Below, one piece after another: positions 27,965-37,230 of a stretch of DNA of 64,000 nt (its first letter is position 1; each line of letters starts with the position of its first letter). The DNA lies in contig OZ244744.1 in assembly GCA_965219455.1 (NCBI GenBank), positions 736,001 to 800,000 of the forward strand, read 5' to 3'. The translations under genes were made by a program, and so were the position numbers. The notes under the pieces are model-generated. The model was not told where the DNA came from. It saw nothing but the letters and a program-made list of their open reading frames with translations, and did not search any database. The stretch is from Candidatus Latescibacterota bacterium. GTDB lineage: Bacteria > Latescibacterota > UBA2968 > GCA-2709665.

Positions 27965-29155
27965 CTACGATGACGACACCGTGGTTGCTCTTTCTCTCGC
28001 TTCCCCCGCCACAGCGACGATGTAGTCAGCGGCTCTGGTTAATTCCTGTCGGCGCAAAAACAGTTGCGTACCGGTCGGATTGACCAGTCCAGCATCCACC
28101 AGCAGGCCGTGTCTACCCCCATGATCTATCGACTGTGTCTTGATAAACTCAGCCAAGGGCTTCCAAGAGCCATGTTCTATAATGCATCGTCTATAACATT
28201 CTGCCAAGACGCGAATAAAGCCGACGTTGTAGGCAAACGTGGCGATACGAAACTTTGGGATCTCGTCGTCATCTATCGTCCCCGACACGAGGCCACCGTA
28301 TTCCTCTCTAGCGGCGGGCATGAATTCGTCGGCCCAGACGCGGCAACGCTCGTACAGGCTATCGATATCTATAATGTAGGTTGCATTCAGTTCCCGGCTG
28401 ATCCGCTTTCCATAGCCGACCTCAAGGTTCTTCAATATTGCGGCAAGCTGATTGACAGCCAGCAGATGATGGCTCGACGCGGCAACTGAGGATCGCTCGA
28501 ATTCGACTCTTCCACCGAACAAGCGGCTATTCTTGGCGAGGCGAACCGCCGTGCGATTGAAAGCATCTCGTTGATCGAACCTCGTAACGGTATGACCCTC
28601 AATGCGCTTGTTTTTCGATGCGTCGACGAACATCTGACGTAACGTCTTAATGTCGTCTTCTGCGTATAGAACTATGGTCATCGACGCGTTTCTCAGGGAC
28701 TCGAGTTTGTGCGCCTGTGTCTCGCCGGGCGTACTCGACAGATCGGCGAGAACGTCCTGAATGGCCCTTCGGCGGTGCTGGCCGTCGAAGATTTTCATTG
28801 TGTTGACACGGTTCGTGAGGATACGTAATTCACCGAAGTTCGGGTTGCCCGGCTCGTCGGTATCGTCCGTGTAAGGGTTGAATACCACCGCACTGGGGGC
28901 TATCCCAAGCAACAACGACCCCAACTGCCAATTGTCATGTTCTTCCAAGTATGTCTTGATTGCTCTCGCGTGACTTGGGGTAAGCCTCCGGTTCGCTTCT
29001 CTCACTACGTTGTCCTCCACACGCTGTGGCAACAGGCCATCAAGCGTTTCCAAATCGAGTGAGAAGTAATACACGTCTCGGCCTCCTTGCCGAAACCGAT
29101 GGGACGGAACCCGCAGGCTGTATTGGTTTTCCATTGGACCGATTTTTAGCGCCAT
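27965..29155 (-). CDS. DGQHR (DndB-like, ParB-fold) domain protein
   Basis: FRQGGRDVY, ANRRLTPSHARAIKTYL, KIFDGQHRRRAI, LRQMFVDAS. Confidence 0.88.
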   Translation of the reverse strand: MALKIGPMENQYSLRVPSHRFRQGGRDVYYFSLDLETLDGLLPQRVEDNVVREANRRLTPSHARAIKTYLEEHDNWQLGSLLLGIAPSAVVFNPYTDDTDEPGNPNFGELRILTNRVNTMKIFDGQHRRRAIQDVLADLSSTPGETQAHKLESLRNASMTIVLYAEDDIKTLRQMFVDASKNKRIEGHTVTRFDQRDAFNRTAVRLAKNSRLFGGRVEFERSSVAASSHHLLAVNQLAAILKNLEVGYGKRISRELNATYIIDIDSLYERCRVWADEFMPAAREEYGGLVSGTIDDDEIPKFRIATFAYNVGFIRVLAECYRRCIIEHGSWKPLAEFIKTQSIDHGGRHGLLVDAGLVNPTGTQLFLRRQELTRAADYIVAVAGEARERATTVSSS

Positions 29156-29202
29156 CGTAAATCTCCATTATGATTCTCGCCTAACCACAATCCTGCTACT
29201 CT

Positions 29203-30783
29203 CTATCGGGATGTTTGTATCTCTGCCAGCTGTACGATGTAGTCGATCGCATCCAAAACGAGACTTTGACGAGCCTCAGGTGAAGTACCACCGGGAGCGA
29301 CAACCCCGGCATCAATCAACAAGGAGCCTTTGGTGACGCCCGGCTCAAGTGATACGCCACCCAGGAATTCAGCTAACGGCATCAAATCGGCTCCATCTCT
29401 TGTCCACTCATAGTAGCAGCCAGCCAGAATTCGTATAACTGTTGCGTTATAGGCCATCGTGGTTGTGCGTTTTTCGGGGATTTCGGAATTATCTATCTCT
29501 CCCGCCATGAGGTCGTTGTACTCGCTTCTTGCGGTTGGCATGAAGTCGTCTGCCCATGTCCAGCACCGGTCGTACAGCGAGTCCAGATCCAGCATGTATT
29601 CATCATTCCTTTCTTTTCTGACGCGGCCCTTATAACCAACTTCGAGCGTTTTCAGTGTCATCGCCAACTGATTAATGGCAATGATCTTTTGGCTGCTCCT
29701 GGGGACGGATGAACGCTCCATTTCGACCCTGTCGGCGAATAGATCGCTATTTCCCGCAATCCACAATGCAGCCAAATTGAACGCGTCTCTCTGGTCAAAT
29801 CTGGTTACTGTGTTTCGCTCAATGGCTCTGGTTTGCGCCGCATCCGCGAACATCTGCCGTAAGGCTTTAATATTGTCCTCGACATAGACCATCACCGGCA
29901 ACGAAGATTCTCTCAATGCCGAGAGTTTCTCGGCATAGCGCATGTTGTGTGAAAGTTCGAAAAGGACATCTTTAATTGCCCGCCGTCGGTGCTGTCCGTC
30001 AAACATCTTCATGCTCGCAAAAGCATCAGTCCGAATTCGTAACTCGCCTACTGAACTGATTTCATTTGGCTCTTCCAAATACGAGCGAAAATCGACAGCC
30101 TTCGGAGATATACCCAGCAATAGCGTTCCGAGTAACCAATCGTCGCGGGTTTCCAGATATTTCTGAATTTTCTTTGCATGACTTGGTGTCAGTGGACGGT
30201 TAGCGTCTTTGACGACTCTATCGTCCACACGGTCGGGCAGCTGTTTGTCCAAGGTCTCGAGATCAAGAACGAACGCATATACGTCCCGTCCACCCTGCCG
30301 AAACCTGTGGGCGGAAGTCACAAGTGGCATTAACTCGCGCCTGATCGTCTCAATCGCTTGACACTTTGCGGACTCATTGATCGCAGTAAGTACCTTTGCG
30401 ATATCCGTCAGGCGTTCACATACGTTCTCTACCTCCAGGTCTTCGAGTCCTGGATGTGCTGCGTCGTTACGCGCCTTGGCAATCCTATATAGAGTGTCCC
30501 AAGGCTTTTTGACTCGTTCAAGCACACCAGAAAATGCGTCATTCCAATATCTTTTCACAAGTGGGTAGAAGTCGGTGATGTCTATTGCCTCATCAACTGT
30601 GCGGCCTGTACTCAAGTTCTCCTCGAACTGGTTGTACCGATCATCACGCAGAGCGGCACGTATATGGTCGTCCACGGTGCCACCACGTACACGCTTAAGG
30701 CAGCGGACGATGAATGGTCTCATCGCGTCGCGATATATGTCTAGCGCATCAGTCAGAGCCTTACGATTGGGCCGTCCAGTCAT
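29203..30783 (-). CDS. Swt1-like HEPN domain fused to a DGQHR domain
   Basis: N-terminal ALDIYRDAMRPFI...VKRYWNDAFS...ARNDAAHP (Rx4H); C-terminal KMFDGQHRRRAI. Start ATG 30783 after GGAGG. Confidence 0.85.
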   Translation of the reverse strand: MTGRPNRKALTDALDIYRDAMRPFIVRCLKRVRGGTVDDHIRAALRDDRYNQFEENLSTGRTVDEAIDITDFYPLVKRYWNDAFSGVLERVKKPWDTLYRIAKARNDAAHPGLEDLEVENVCERLTDIAKVLTAINESAKCQAIETIRRELMPLVTSAHRFRQGGRDVYAFVLDLETLDKQLPDRVDDRVVKDANRPLTPSHAKKIQKYLETRDDWLLGTLLLGISPKAVDFRSYLEEPNEISSVGELRIRTDAFASMKMFDGQHRRRAIKDVLFELSHNMRYAEKLSALRESSLPVMVYVEDNIKALRQMFADAAQTRAIERNTVTRFDQRDAFNLAALWIAGNSDLFADRVEMERSSVPRSSQKIIAINQLAMTLKTLEVGYKGRVRKERNDEYMLDLDSLYDRCWTWADDFMPTARSEYNDLMAGEIDNSEIPEKRTTTMAYNATVIRILAGCYYEWTRDGADLMPLAEFLGGVSLEPGVTKGSLLIDAGVVAPGGTSPEARQSLVLDAIDYIVQLAEIQTSR

Positions 30784-31347
30784 CTCGCACCTCCAGGTTG
30801 AGAATCTCCCACAGTGATGACAAATCACACATTTCACTCGAACCAGCCAGAAAACATACCGATTCTGGCAAACATCCGATGCGGCGGTTATTTCTAATTT
30901 AACGTTTTACATTGTCTGTTGTCAAGAAAAAAATTCAAGATTCAATATTATTAATTTTATTGTCGAGAATATAAAGGGGTACATCATTCATCCGACTTCG
31001 TGGTCTCCTCCGGGCCTGTTGGATTCCTTGGGGACGATTGTTATTCACTCGTTGTGCGAAACTATGCGTCATACGAGTTTACCGAAACCCTGTACAATGT
31101 CAGTCTGCTCCGAATGCCCAAACGCGGCAGGGGTGTTCTACCTCGTCAACTGCATCTGAACGCGATCTTAGCTGAAACGGAGATTCGACGGGATAGGACA
31201 CATTTCGGTCCTTATACATATTGAATATGATGTCCGTCTCCGATTACAAACGAAAAGGCTTGTCGCTTTTGCCGACAAACCCTTACCGATTTCCGAATAA
31301 CTATTTGAATATATTACACCTAAAGTCTAGCCCCGGCCAATCCCCTC

Positions 31348-31533
31348 CTACCTGAGTACGCTCTCATCGTTCCCATCACCGCTTTCTTCAAGGTAAAGAG
31401 TCGTGGCCTCTTTGAGGTTTTCCAACGCTTCCTTCGGGGAAGTGCCCTGGCTTACCGTACCCAATGCCGGACAATCGGCAACATACAAATCATCCTCTTT
31501 TGTGATCACCGCGGTTAAATTTCTCGCTGCCAT
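31348..31533 (-). CDS. hicB: HicB-family antitoxin (short, orphan)
   Basis: TAVITKEDDLYVADCPALGTVSQGTSPKEALENLKEATTLYLE; AGGAGG RBS before ATG 31533. Confidence 0.85.
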   Translation of the reverse strand: MAARNLTAVITKEDDLYVADCPALGTVSQGTSPKEALENLKEATTLYLEESGDGNDESVLR

Positions 31534-31699
31534 TGGATCCTCCTGGAGAATCATTCGTCGTAACAAAATCCGGCAAATCCACGAAAAATACTGCATTTGG
31601 TGACTGTTTATCGCCCTCATTGCGAATATATCATACCGGTCAGCAGTGTGCAATCAGTTTTGTAGACTTGGACACCCTCATCGCAACTGACGGTGAGCA

Positions 31700-31720
31700 A
31701 CTGTCGCAAATTGCGACAGT
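31700..31720. repeat. Palindrome ACTGTCGCAA-A-TTGCGACAGT, copy 2
   Basis: Perfect 10-bp arms around a central A. Confidence 0.8.
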
Positions 31721-31739
31721 GACAGGGTTTCGGGTTTCC

Positions 31740-31765
31740 CTTTGTGTCTTTGTGTCTTCGTGTGA
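31740..31765. repeat. 8-bp period repeat CTTTGTGT x3 (degenerate)
   Basis: CTTTGTGT CTTTGTGT CTTCGTGT GA. Confidence 0.55.
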
Positions 31766-31803
31766 GAAAAGCCACCGGTTACTACGAATGGGTGAGGTGA
31801 CCG

Positions 31804-32544
31804 TTATCGCCCCATCTCCGCGTCTGCAGCCTTACGCTTTTCGAAAAATGCCCGAACGCTTATAAGCTGCTTCGCGAAGGACGCCGCATCCTCGCCATCA
31901 CTGAATTCGAGCGCCGATACCGCTGATTTGAATTCCTCATCGCCCGGATCGTCGTCCCCCGACAGAATCTTGTTCAGGCCGATGTAACCCTCGATCATGG
32001 CTTGGTAATCCGGATTCCCGCCTTCCGAGTCACTGAATTCTTTCGTCTTTGCAAACACCTTCAACGCTTCATCGTACGACCCTTCCGCGATCAGATGCGC
32101 ACCAAGAAACCAGTACGTAAACGCCAGCTGAGCGTCGGTCGGATCCAATTCATGCAGTTGCCTTACGCTGTACCGGGCAAATTCAATGCCCTGCCGCATC
32201 TGATCGGGCGAAATCTTAACGCCCGGCTCGTCCCAGCCAATCCAGGTGAAGGACGCGGCGTTGGTGGCCATCCTCTTGGCGGCGAATCGGCGCGCTCTCG
32301 CTAAATTGTCGTCGATGCCGTCGTGTCCGGATGCCGAAGCCAGACAAAAGCGGATGCCCTCTTTGGCGAAGTGGGTTACCTGCTCCGCGGACTTCGCCTT
32401 CCAATAACAGTCGAGCACCAGGTCAACGAATGCCTGGGCGACGCCGGACTCATCCGCGAGTCCAAGCACGAACTCGCTGGCGGCGTAGAGGTCCTTTTCT
32501 TTGGTGAGAGACTGGACCGTATCGAAAATCTCCTCGCGCGTCAC
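31804..32544 (-). CDS. Hypothetical helical/TPR-like protein
   Basis: AFTYWFLGAHLIAEGSYDEALKVF is a TPR-like segment. Confidence 0.7.
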   Translation of the reverse strand: MTREEIFDTVQSLTKEKDLYAASEFVLGLADESGVAQAFVDLVLDCYWKAKSAEQVTHFAKEGIRFCLASASGHDGIDDNLARARRFAAKRMATNAASFTWIGWDEPGVKISPDQMRQGIEFARYSVRQLHELDPTDAQLAFTYWFLGAHLIAEGSYDEALKVFAKTKEFSDSEGGNPDYQAMIEGYIGLNKILSGDDDPGDEEFKSAVSALEFSDGEDAASFAKQLISVRAFFEKRKAADAEMGR

Positions 32545-32597
32545 GGGATCCCGCCTTTGCCTCTAATCACAGCTAATCATACCTTAATCATAATCAA

Positions 32598-34310
32598 TCA
32601 CAGTCCGGTTGCGCACCATGCCAGAAAGCCATCCAAAGGCATCGCGTTCAGTACATCCGCGGCCGTCAGGCCGCCCTTTCTGCCCACGCCCAGACCGTGC
32701 TCCATCTGCTCCAATCCCTCCACACTGTGGGCATCGGTGTTGATGGCGATCTTCACCCCCTTTTCCCTCGCGTATCCGATATGCCGCCAGTCCATATCCA
32801 GCCGTCGTGGATTGGCATTCAGCTCAATGGCCGTATTGGCCTCGGCCGCGGCGTCGATGACAGCGTGGTGATCCAGCGGATAACCCTCGCGCGAAAGCAG
32901 CAATCGCCCCGTGGGATGACCCAGAATGTGCACGTGGAGATTCCGCACCGCGCGCACGATCCGTTCGGTCGCCTCAACCTCCGTCATACCGAACCTGGAA
33001 TGCACCGACGCCACGACGACGTCGAACTGTTCCAGAAATTCGTCCTCGAAGTCCAGCCGCCCGTCGCCCAGTATGTCCACCTCGATCCCCTTCAACACAC
33101 GGATGTCCTGCAGTTCCCCGTTGACGGTGTCAATTTCCTCCCACTGGGCACGAACCCGTTCCTCGGTCAGGCCGTTCGCGTAGGCCGCCGCCTTGCTGTG
33201 GTCGCATATCGCGATATATCCGTATCCCAGGCCGGCTGCCGCACTCGCCATCTCCTTCACGTCCGCCCGGCCGTCGCTGTGCCGTGTATGCACGTGCAGC
33301 GTCCCGATCAAATCGGCGCGTGATACCAGCCTGGGAAGCGCCCCGCACCCGGCCAGCCGGACCTCGTCTTCCCCCTCACGAAGCTCCGGGGGTATTTCGG
33401 ACAGACCCAGCGCTTCGAACAGCGCCGCCTCGTCCTCGCAGGGGATTCGACGATCTTCTCCGTCAAACAGTCCGTGTTCGTTCAACTTCAGGCCCCGCTC
33501 CTTCGCTCTGTCGCGTACCCGCGCAACGTGCGCCTCGCTGCCCGTAAGATGATGCAACGCACACGGGAACGCCTCATCATGTACCATCCACAGATTCGCG
33601 CTCATGCCCGACTGCAACATTACACTCAACCGCGTCTCACCCTTTTCCACAACTTCGTCCACTTCTCCGTACCGCACAAATGCCCCGGCCAGCCCGTCCG
33701 GATCCGTTGTTCGCGCCACCAGATCCACGTCCCTGTTCGTTTCCGTGCGCCGCCGAATCGTTCCGGCCACGGCCAACCGGTCTGCCTGGTCCTCCAGAAA
33801 AGCCCGAATGGCCTCCGCCTCTTCGCGAGCGTTATGACACAGAAACTGTCCCCGGTGCTTCTGCATATACTGAATTCCGTGCGCGATCCGGTCGGCAGTC
33901 TTCCTGCCGAATCCGCTCATCGCCTCCAATTCTCCGGAATCGCATGCTCTGGACAACGCATCTATGTCCATTATGCCCAGTTCTTCGTAAATTGCGCGCA
34001 CTCGCTTGGCCCCCAGACCGGGAATTTCCGTCATCTCCATCAACCCTTCGGGTACGGACGCCTTCAATTCCTCCAGACCCGGCAAACGCCCGGTCTCCAC
34101 GAGTCCGGTAATGCGTCCCGCCAGTCCCTTGCCGATTCCTCTGACCGAATCCAGCTTCCCCTCGGCAGCCAGCGTCGCCACGGGTTCCCGCAGCGACTCG
34201 ATACCCCTGGCCGCATTGGTGTACGCCCGTATGCGAAATCCACCCTCGCCGTTCAACTCCATCAGTGTCGCCATCTCCTCCAGGATTTCCGCGACCTCCC
34301 GGTTGTCCAT
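32598..34310 (-). CDS. polX: DNA polymerase X / PHP-domain protein
   Basis: FRIRAYTNAA, HhH motifs, HLTGSEAH, PPELREG; PHP motifs LHVHT..SDG, CDH, GHPTGR, NTDAH. Confidence 0.93.
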   Translation of the reverse strand: MDNREVAEILEEMATLMELNGEGGFRIRAYTNAARGIESLREPVATLAAEGKLDSVRGIGKGLAGRITGLVETGRLPGLEELKASVPEGLMEMTEIPGLGAKRVRAIYEELGIMDIDALSRACDSGELEAMSGFGRKTADRIAHGIQYMQKHRGQFLCHNAREEAEAIRAFLEDQADRLAVAGTIRRRTETNRDVDLVARTTDPDGLAGAFVRYGEVDEVVEKGETRLSVMLQSGMSANLWMVHDEAFPCALHHLTGSEAHVARVRDRAKERGLKLNEHGLFDGEDRRIPCEDEAALFEALGLSEIPPELREGEDEVRLAGCGALPRLVSRADLIGTLHVHTRHSDGRADVKEMASAAAGLGYGYIAICDHSKAAAYANGLTEERVRAQWEEIDTVNGELQDIRVLKGIEVDILGDGRLDFEDEFLEQFDVVVASVHSRFGMTEVEATERIVRAVRNLHVHILGHPTGRLLLSREGYPLDHHAVIDAAAEANTAIELNANPRRLDMDWRHIGYAREKGVKIAINTDAHSVEGLEQMEHGLGVGRKGGLTAADVLNAMPLDGFLAWCATGL

Positions 34311-34339
34311 AACCTCCTCCATGATCAGGTTGCGGCCGC

Positions 34340-34915
34340 CTATTCCGGAGCCGCGACCCGGGTGCTTCCCACGTCATCCAGCAGACGGTTGTTCTTTTGG
34401 ATATAGTACGGGGTGAGGACAAAGGCAATCATATTCACCAGCAGGCTCAGAATCGCCAGGACCTCGTGCAGGATGGAATAAAACGACCGGCCGGCCTCGC
34501 CACCGCTCCACAGCAGGTCCGCGTGCGCCCCGCCGCCGATCATCGCGGTAACCATAATCAGTAAGATACCGAACGTCAGAAGGTAGAAAAAGCTGCCTTT
34601 GAATGCGCGAGCCCGGGCCAGAAACTCCGGGGCCAGACCACGCTCCCGCACCTCGGCCTTGATCGCCGAACCCGTTCCCATAAAATAAAACATCGTTGTC
34701 GTCTGCGTCAGGACCGTCAGGAACGCGGCCAGAAGCCCCACCTTCAAGTGGGCGCCTACGGAAACCGACATCCAGCCAAAACGGGCCGCGTAACCCATGC
34801 CGAAGCTGACCAGCAACAATGGAATATTCACAACGAGCATGCCCAGAATGGCCGCCTGCATCGTTGTCGATTTAACGCCTTCTGAAGCACCTGGCCGTTC
34901 TGACTCGGTTCCCAC
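34340..34915 (-). CDS. Hypothetical membrane protein (about 4 TM)
   Basis: Four hydrophobic segments; GGGAGG RBS. Confidence 0.75.
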   Translation of the reverse strand: MGTESERPGASEGVKSTTMQAAILGMLVVNIPLLLVSFGMGYAARFGWMSVSVGAHLKVGLLAAFLTVLTQTTTMFYFMGTGSAIKAEVRERGLAPEFLARARAFKGSFFYLLTFGILLIMVTAMIGGGAHADLLWSGGEAGRSFYSILHEVLAILSLLVNMIAFVLTPYYIQKNNRLLDDVGSTRVAAPE

Positions 34916-35103
34916 CGTTGACCTCCCGCTAACGAATCCTGAACAGAATACACCCGCCCGCGAAGCTCCGAAACCGGCGCAAACCCCTCATGTTTTCGGT
35001 GGACATTTGGGTTGCAGGCTTTATTTTCTAGACCGTTCGCTGGAATATAGATAGAGAAGGCAACCCCGTCAACTTCCACGCCAGACGCCTCAGGATACCA
35101 CCC

Positions 35104-36132
35104 ATGGCGAAAAAGCTGAATATCGCAATTGCCGGACTGGGCCGGGCCGGATGGTCCAAGCACTTCAACGATCTCAAAGAAGCGCCCGATTTCCAACTCG
35201 TCGCCGTAATCGATCCGCTACCGGAACGTCTCGAGGAGGCAGCCGCTCTTTCCGGTTGCCGGACCTACACGACCACGGGCGCTTTCTGGAGAAAAGAACG
35301 CCCCGACGTTCTGGTTGTCGCCACCCCCACGAGATTTCACGAACGGCATGCCCGAAAAGCACTCCGTGAAGGCTGTCACGTTATCCTCGAAAAACCGATG
35401 ACCACCACCCTCAAGTCGGCCGACCGTATTGTCGACGAAGCACAACGGCACGGCCGCCGCGTTCTCGTCTACCAGCCGCATCGCCTTTCTGCCGAAACTC
35501 AGATACTCAAAGGGATCCTCAATATCGGGATTCTTGGTCCGGTCTACCTCATCCGCCGGTGTCTGACGCGTTACGTGCGCCGCAACGACTGGCAGAGCCT
35601 GCGCAAACACGGCGGCGGCATGCTGAACAACTACGGCGCACACTATATCGACCAGTTGCTCTACCTTTCCGACGCCACGCCCGTTGCCGATATTCGATGC
35701 AATCTCTGGGCCGTTGCGACGCGCGGAGACGCGGACGACGTGGTCAAAGTCTGGCTGAAGACCGAGGGAAATCAGCTCCTTGATCTGGAAATCAACCACG
35801 CGGCTGTCCTGCCCCATTCACCATGGCACATTTGCGGGCGTTACGGAACCCTCGTACAGTCGGAGAATGCCTTCCATATCCGGTATTACGACCCCGACCG
35901 GGCGCCGGAACTGGAAGTGTTCGACGGCGCGGCGCCAGGGCGCAGCTACGACAACCGGGATCGGCTCCCGTGGCAAGAAAAGACCGTGCCGATCCGTCCC
36001 GATGCGCAACTCGACTTTTACACAAACATCTACGAGACTTTCGCGCGAAATGCAGAGCCCCATGTCAAGACCCATGAATCCCGCGAATTGATTCGCGTTA
36101 TCGAACAATGCCGGAAACGGGCTGTTTTCTGA
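35104..36132 (+). CDS. Gfo/Idh/MocA oxidoreductase
   Basis: GLGRAG, ILEKPM, GGMLNNYGAHYID. Confidence 0.92.
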   Translation: MAKKLNIAIAGLGRAGWSKHFNDLKEAPDFQLVAVIDPLPERLEEAAALSGCRTYTTTGAFWRKERPDVLVVATPTRFHERHARKALREGCHVILEKPMTTTLKSADRIVDEAQRHGRRVLVYQPHRLSAETQILKGILNIGILGPVYLIRRCLTRYVRRNDWQSLRKHGGGMLNNYGAHYIDQLLYLSDATPVADIRCNLWAVATRGDADDVVKVWLKTEGNQLLDLEINHAAVLPHSPWHICGRYGTLVQSENAFHIRYYDPDRAPELEVFDGAAPGRSYDNRDRLPWQEKTVPIRPDAQLDFYTNIYETFARNAEPHVKTHESRELIRVIEQCRKRAVF

Positions 36133-36142
36133 AAGGAGACCG

Positions 36143-37207
36143 ATGCGTAAATCTTCACGTGCTTTTCTCGAAGCCATGCTCAATGCGCCGGGTCCATCCG
36201 GGTACGAAGGACCCGTACGTGAAGTCTGGACGGCGGAAGCGAAGAAATACGCGGATAAAGTCACCGTTGACGCGCATGGCAACGCGATTGCGGTACACAA
36301 CGCCAACGGCAGCCCGCGAATCATGCTGTCCGGACATATGGATGAACTGGGGTTTCAGGTCAATCATATTGACGACGACGGATATATCTACGTCAATACC
36401 ATCGGCGGCTTCGATACCGGCATCATCCCCGGCAGAAAAGTCCGTATCCATACGTCATCAGGACCCGTACCGGGCGTGTTCGGCAAGAAACCGGTCCATC
36501 TGATGACGGAGGACGACCGCAAGAAAACGCCCGGCGTCCACGAACTCTGGATCGACATCGGCGCGGGAGACCGGAAGGAGGCCGGAAAAGTCGTCGACAT
36601 CGGCGACCCCATCACCTACGATCCCAATTTTGAAATCATCCGTGGAGACCTGGCCGTTTCCCGCGCTTTCGACAACAAGATGGGCGCGTACGTCGCCGCA
36701 GAGACCCTGCGCTGCGTTGCCCAGTCCGGGAAAACGTCCGAAGCCGCCCTGTTCGCCGTCGCCACCGTACAGGAAGAAATCGGCCTGCGGGGCGCAAAGA
36801 CCAGCGCCTACGGTATAGACCCGCACCTCGGCATCGGCCTGGACGTTGCCTGCGCAACCGATCATCCCGACGTCGACAAACGTCGTGACGGCGACCTGAA
36901 ACTGGACGCCGGCCCCGTTATCGCTCGCGGCGCCAACATCAATCCGGTCGTATTCAAACGCCTCGTGGCCGCTGCACGAACAGCCGATGTGCCTTATCAG
37001 ATCGAAGCCGCCTCCGGCGGAACCGGAACCGACGCGAACGCAATACAACTCACCCGCGCCGGCGTGGCAACCGGCCTTGTCAGCGTGGCGCTCCGTTATA
37101 TGCATACTCCCGTGGAAATCCTCTCGCTCAAAGACCTGGACCGAACCGTGTCTCTGCTTACGGAATTCATCCTGGCAATCACCCCGAGAACCCGATTCAT
37201 ACCGTAA
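36143..37207 (+). CDS. M42 family metallopeptidase
   Basis: GHMDELG, AFDNK, VQEEIGLRGA, GTDA, RYMHTPVE. Confidence 0.94.
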   Translation: MRKSSRAFLEAMLNAPGPSGYEGPVREVWTAEAKKYADKVTVDAHGNAIAVHNANGSPRIMLSGHMDELGFQVNHIDDDGYIYVNTIGGFDTGIIPGRKVRIHTSSGPVPGVFGKKPVHLMTEDDRKKTPGVHELWIDIGAGDRKEAGKVVDIGDPITYDPNFEIIRGDLAVSRAFDNKMGAYVAAETLRCVAQSGKTSEAALFAVATVQEEIGLRGAKTSAYGIDPHLGIGLDVACATDHPDVDKRRDGDLKLDAGPVIARGANINPVVFKRLVAAARTADVPYQIEAASGGTGTDANAIQLTRAGVATGLVSVALRYMHTPVEILSLKDLDRTVSLLTEFILAITPRTRFIP

Positions 37208-37230
37208 CCTGTTGGGAAGCCGGAGGCACT

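Noticed and set aside
27965-30783. DNA phosphorothioation (dnd) cluster
   Set aside because: Only DndB-like domains are present; no cysteine desulfurase, DndC, DndD or DndE in the window.
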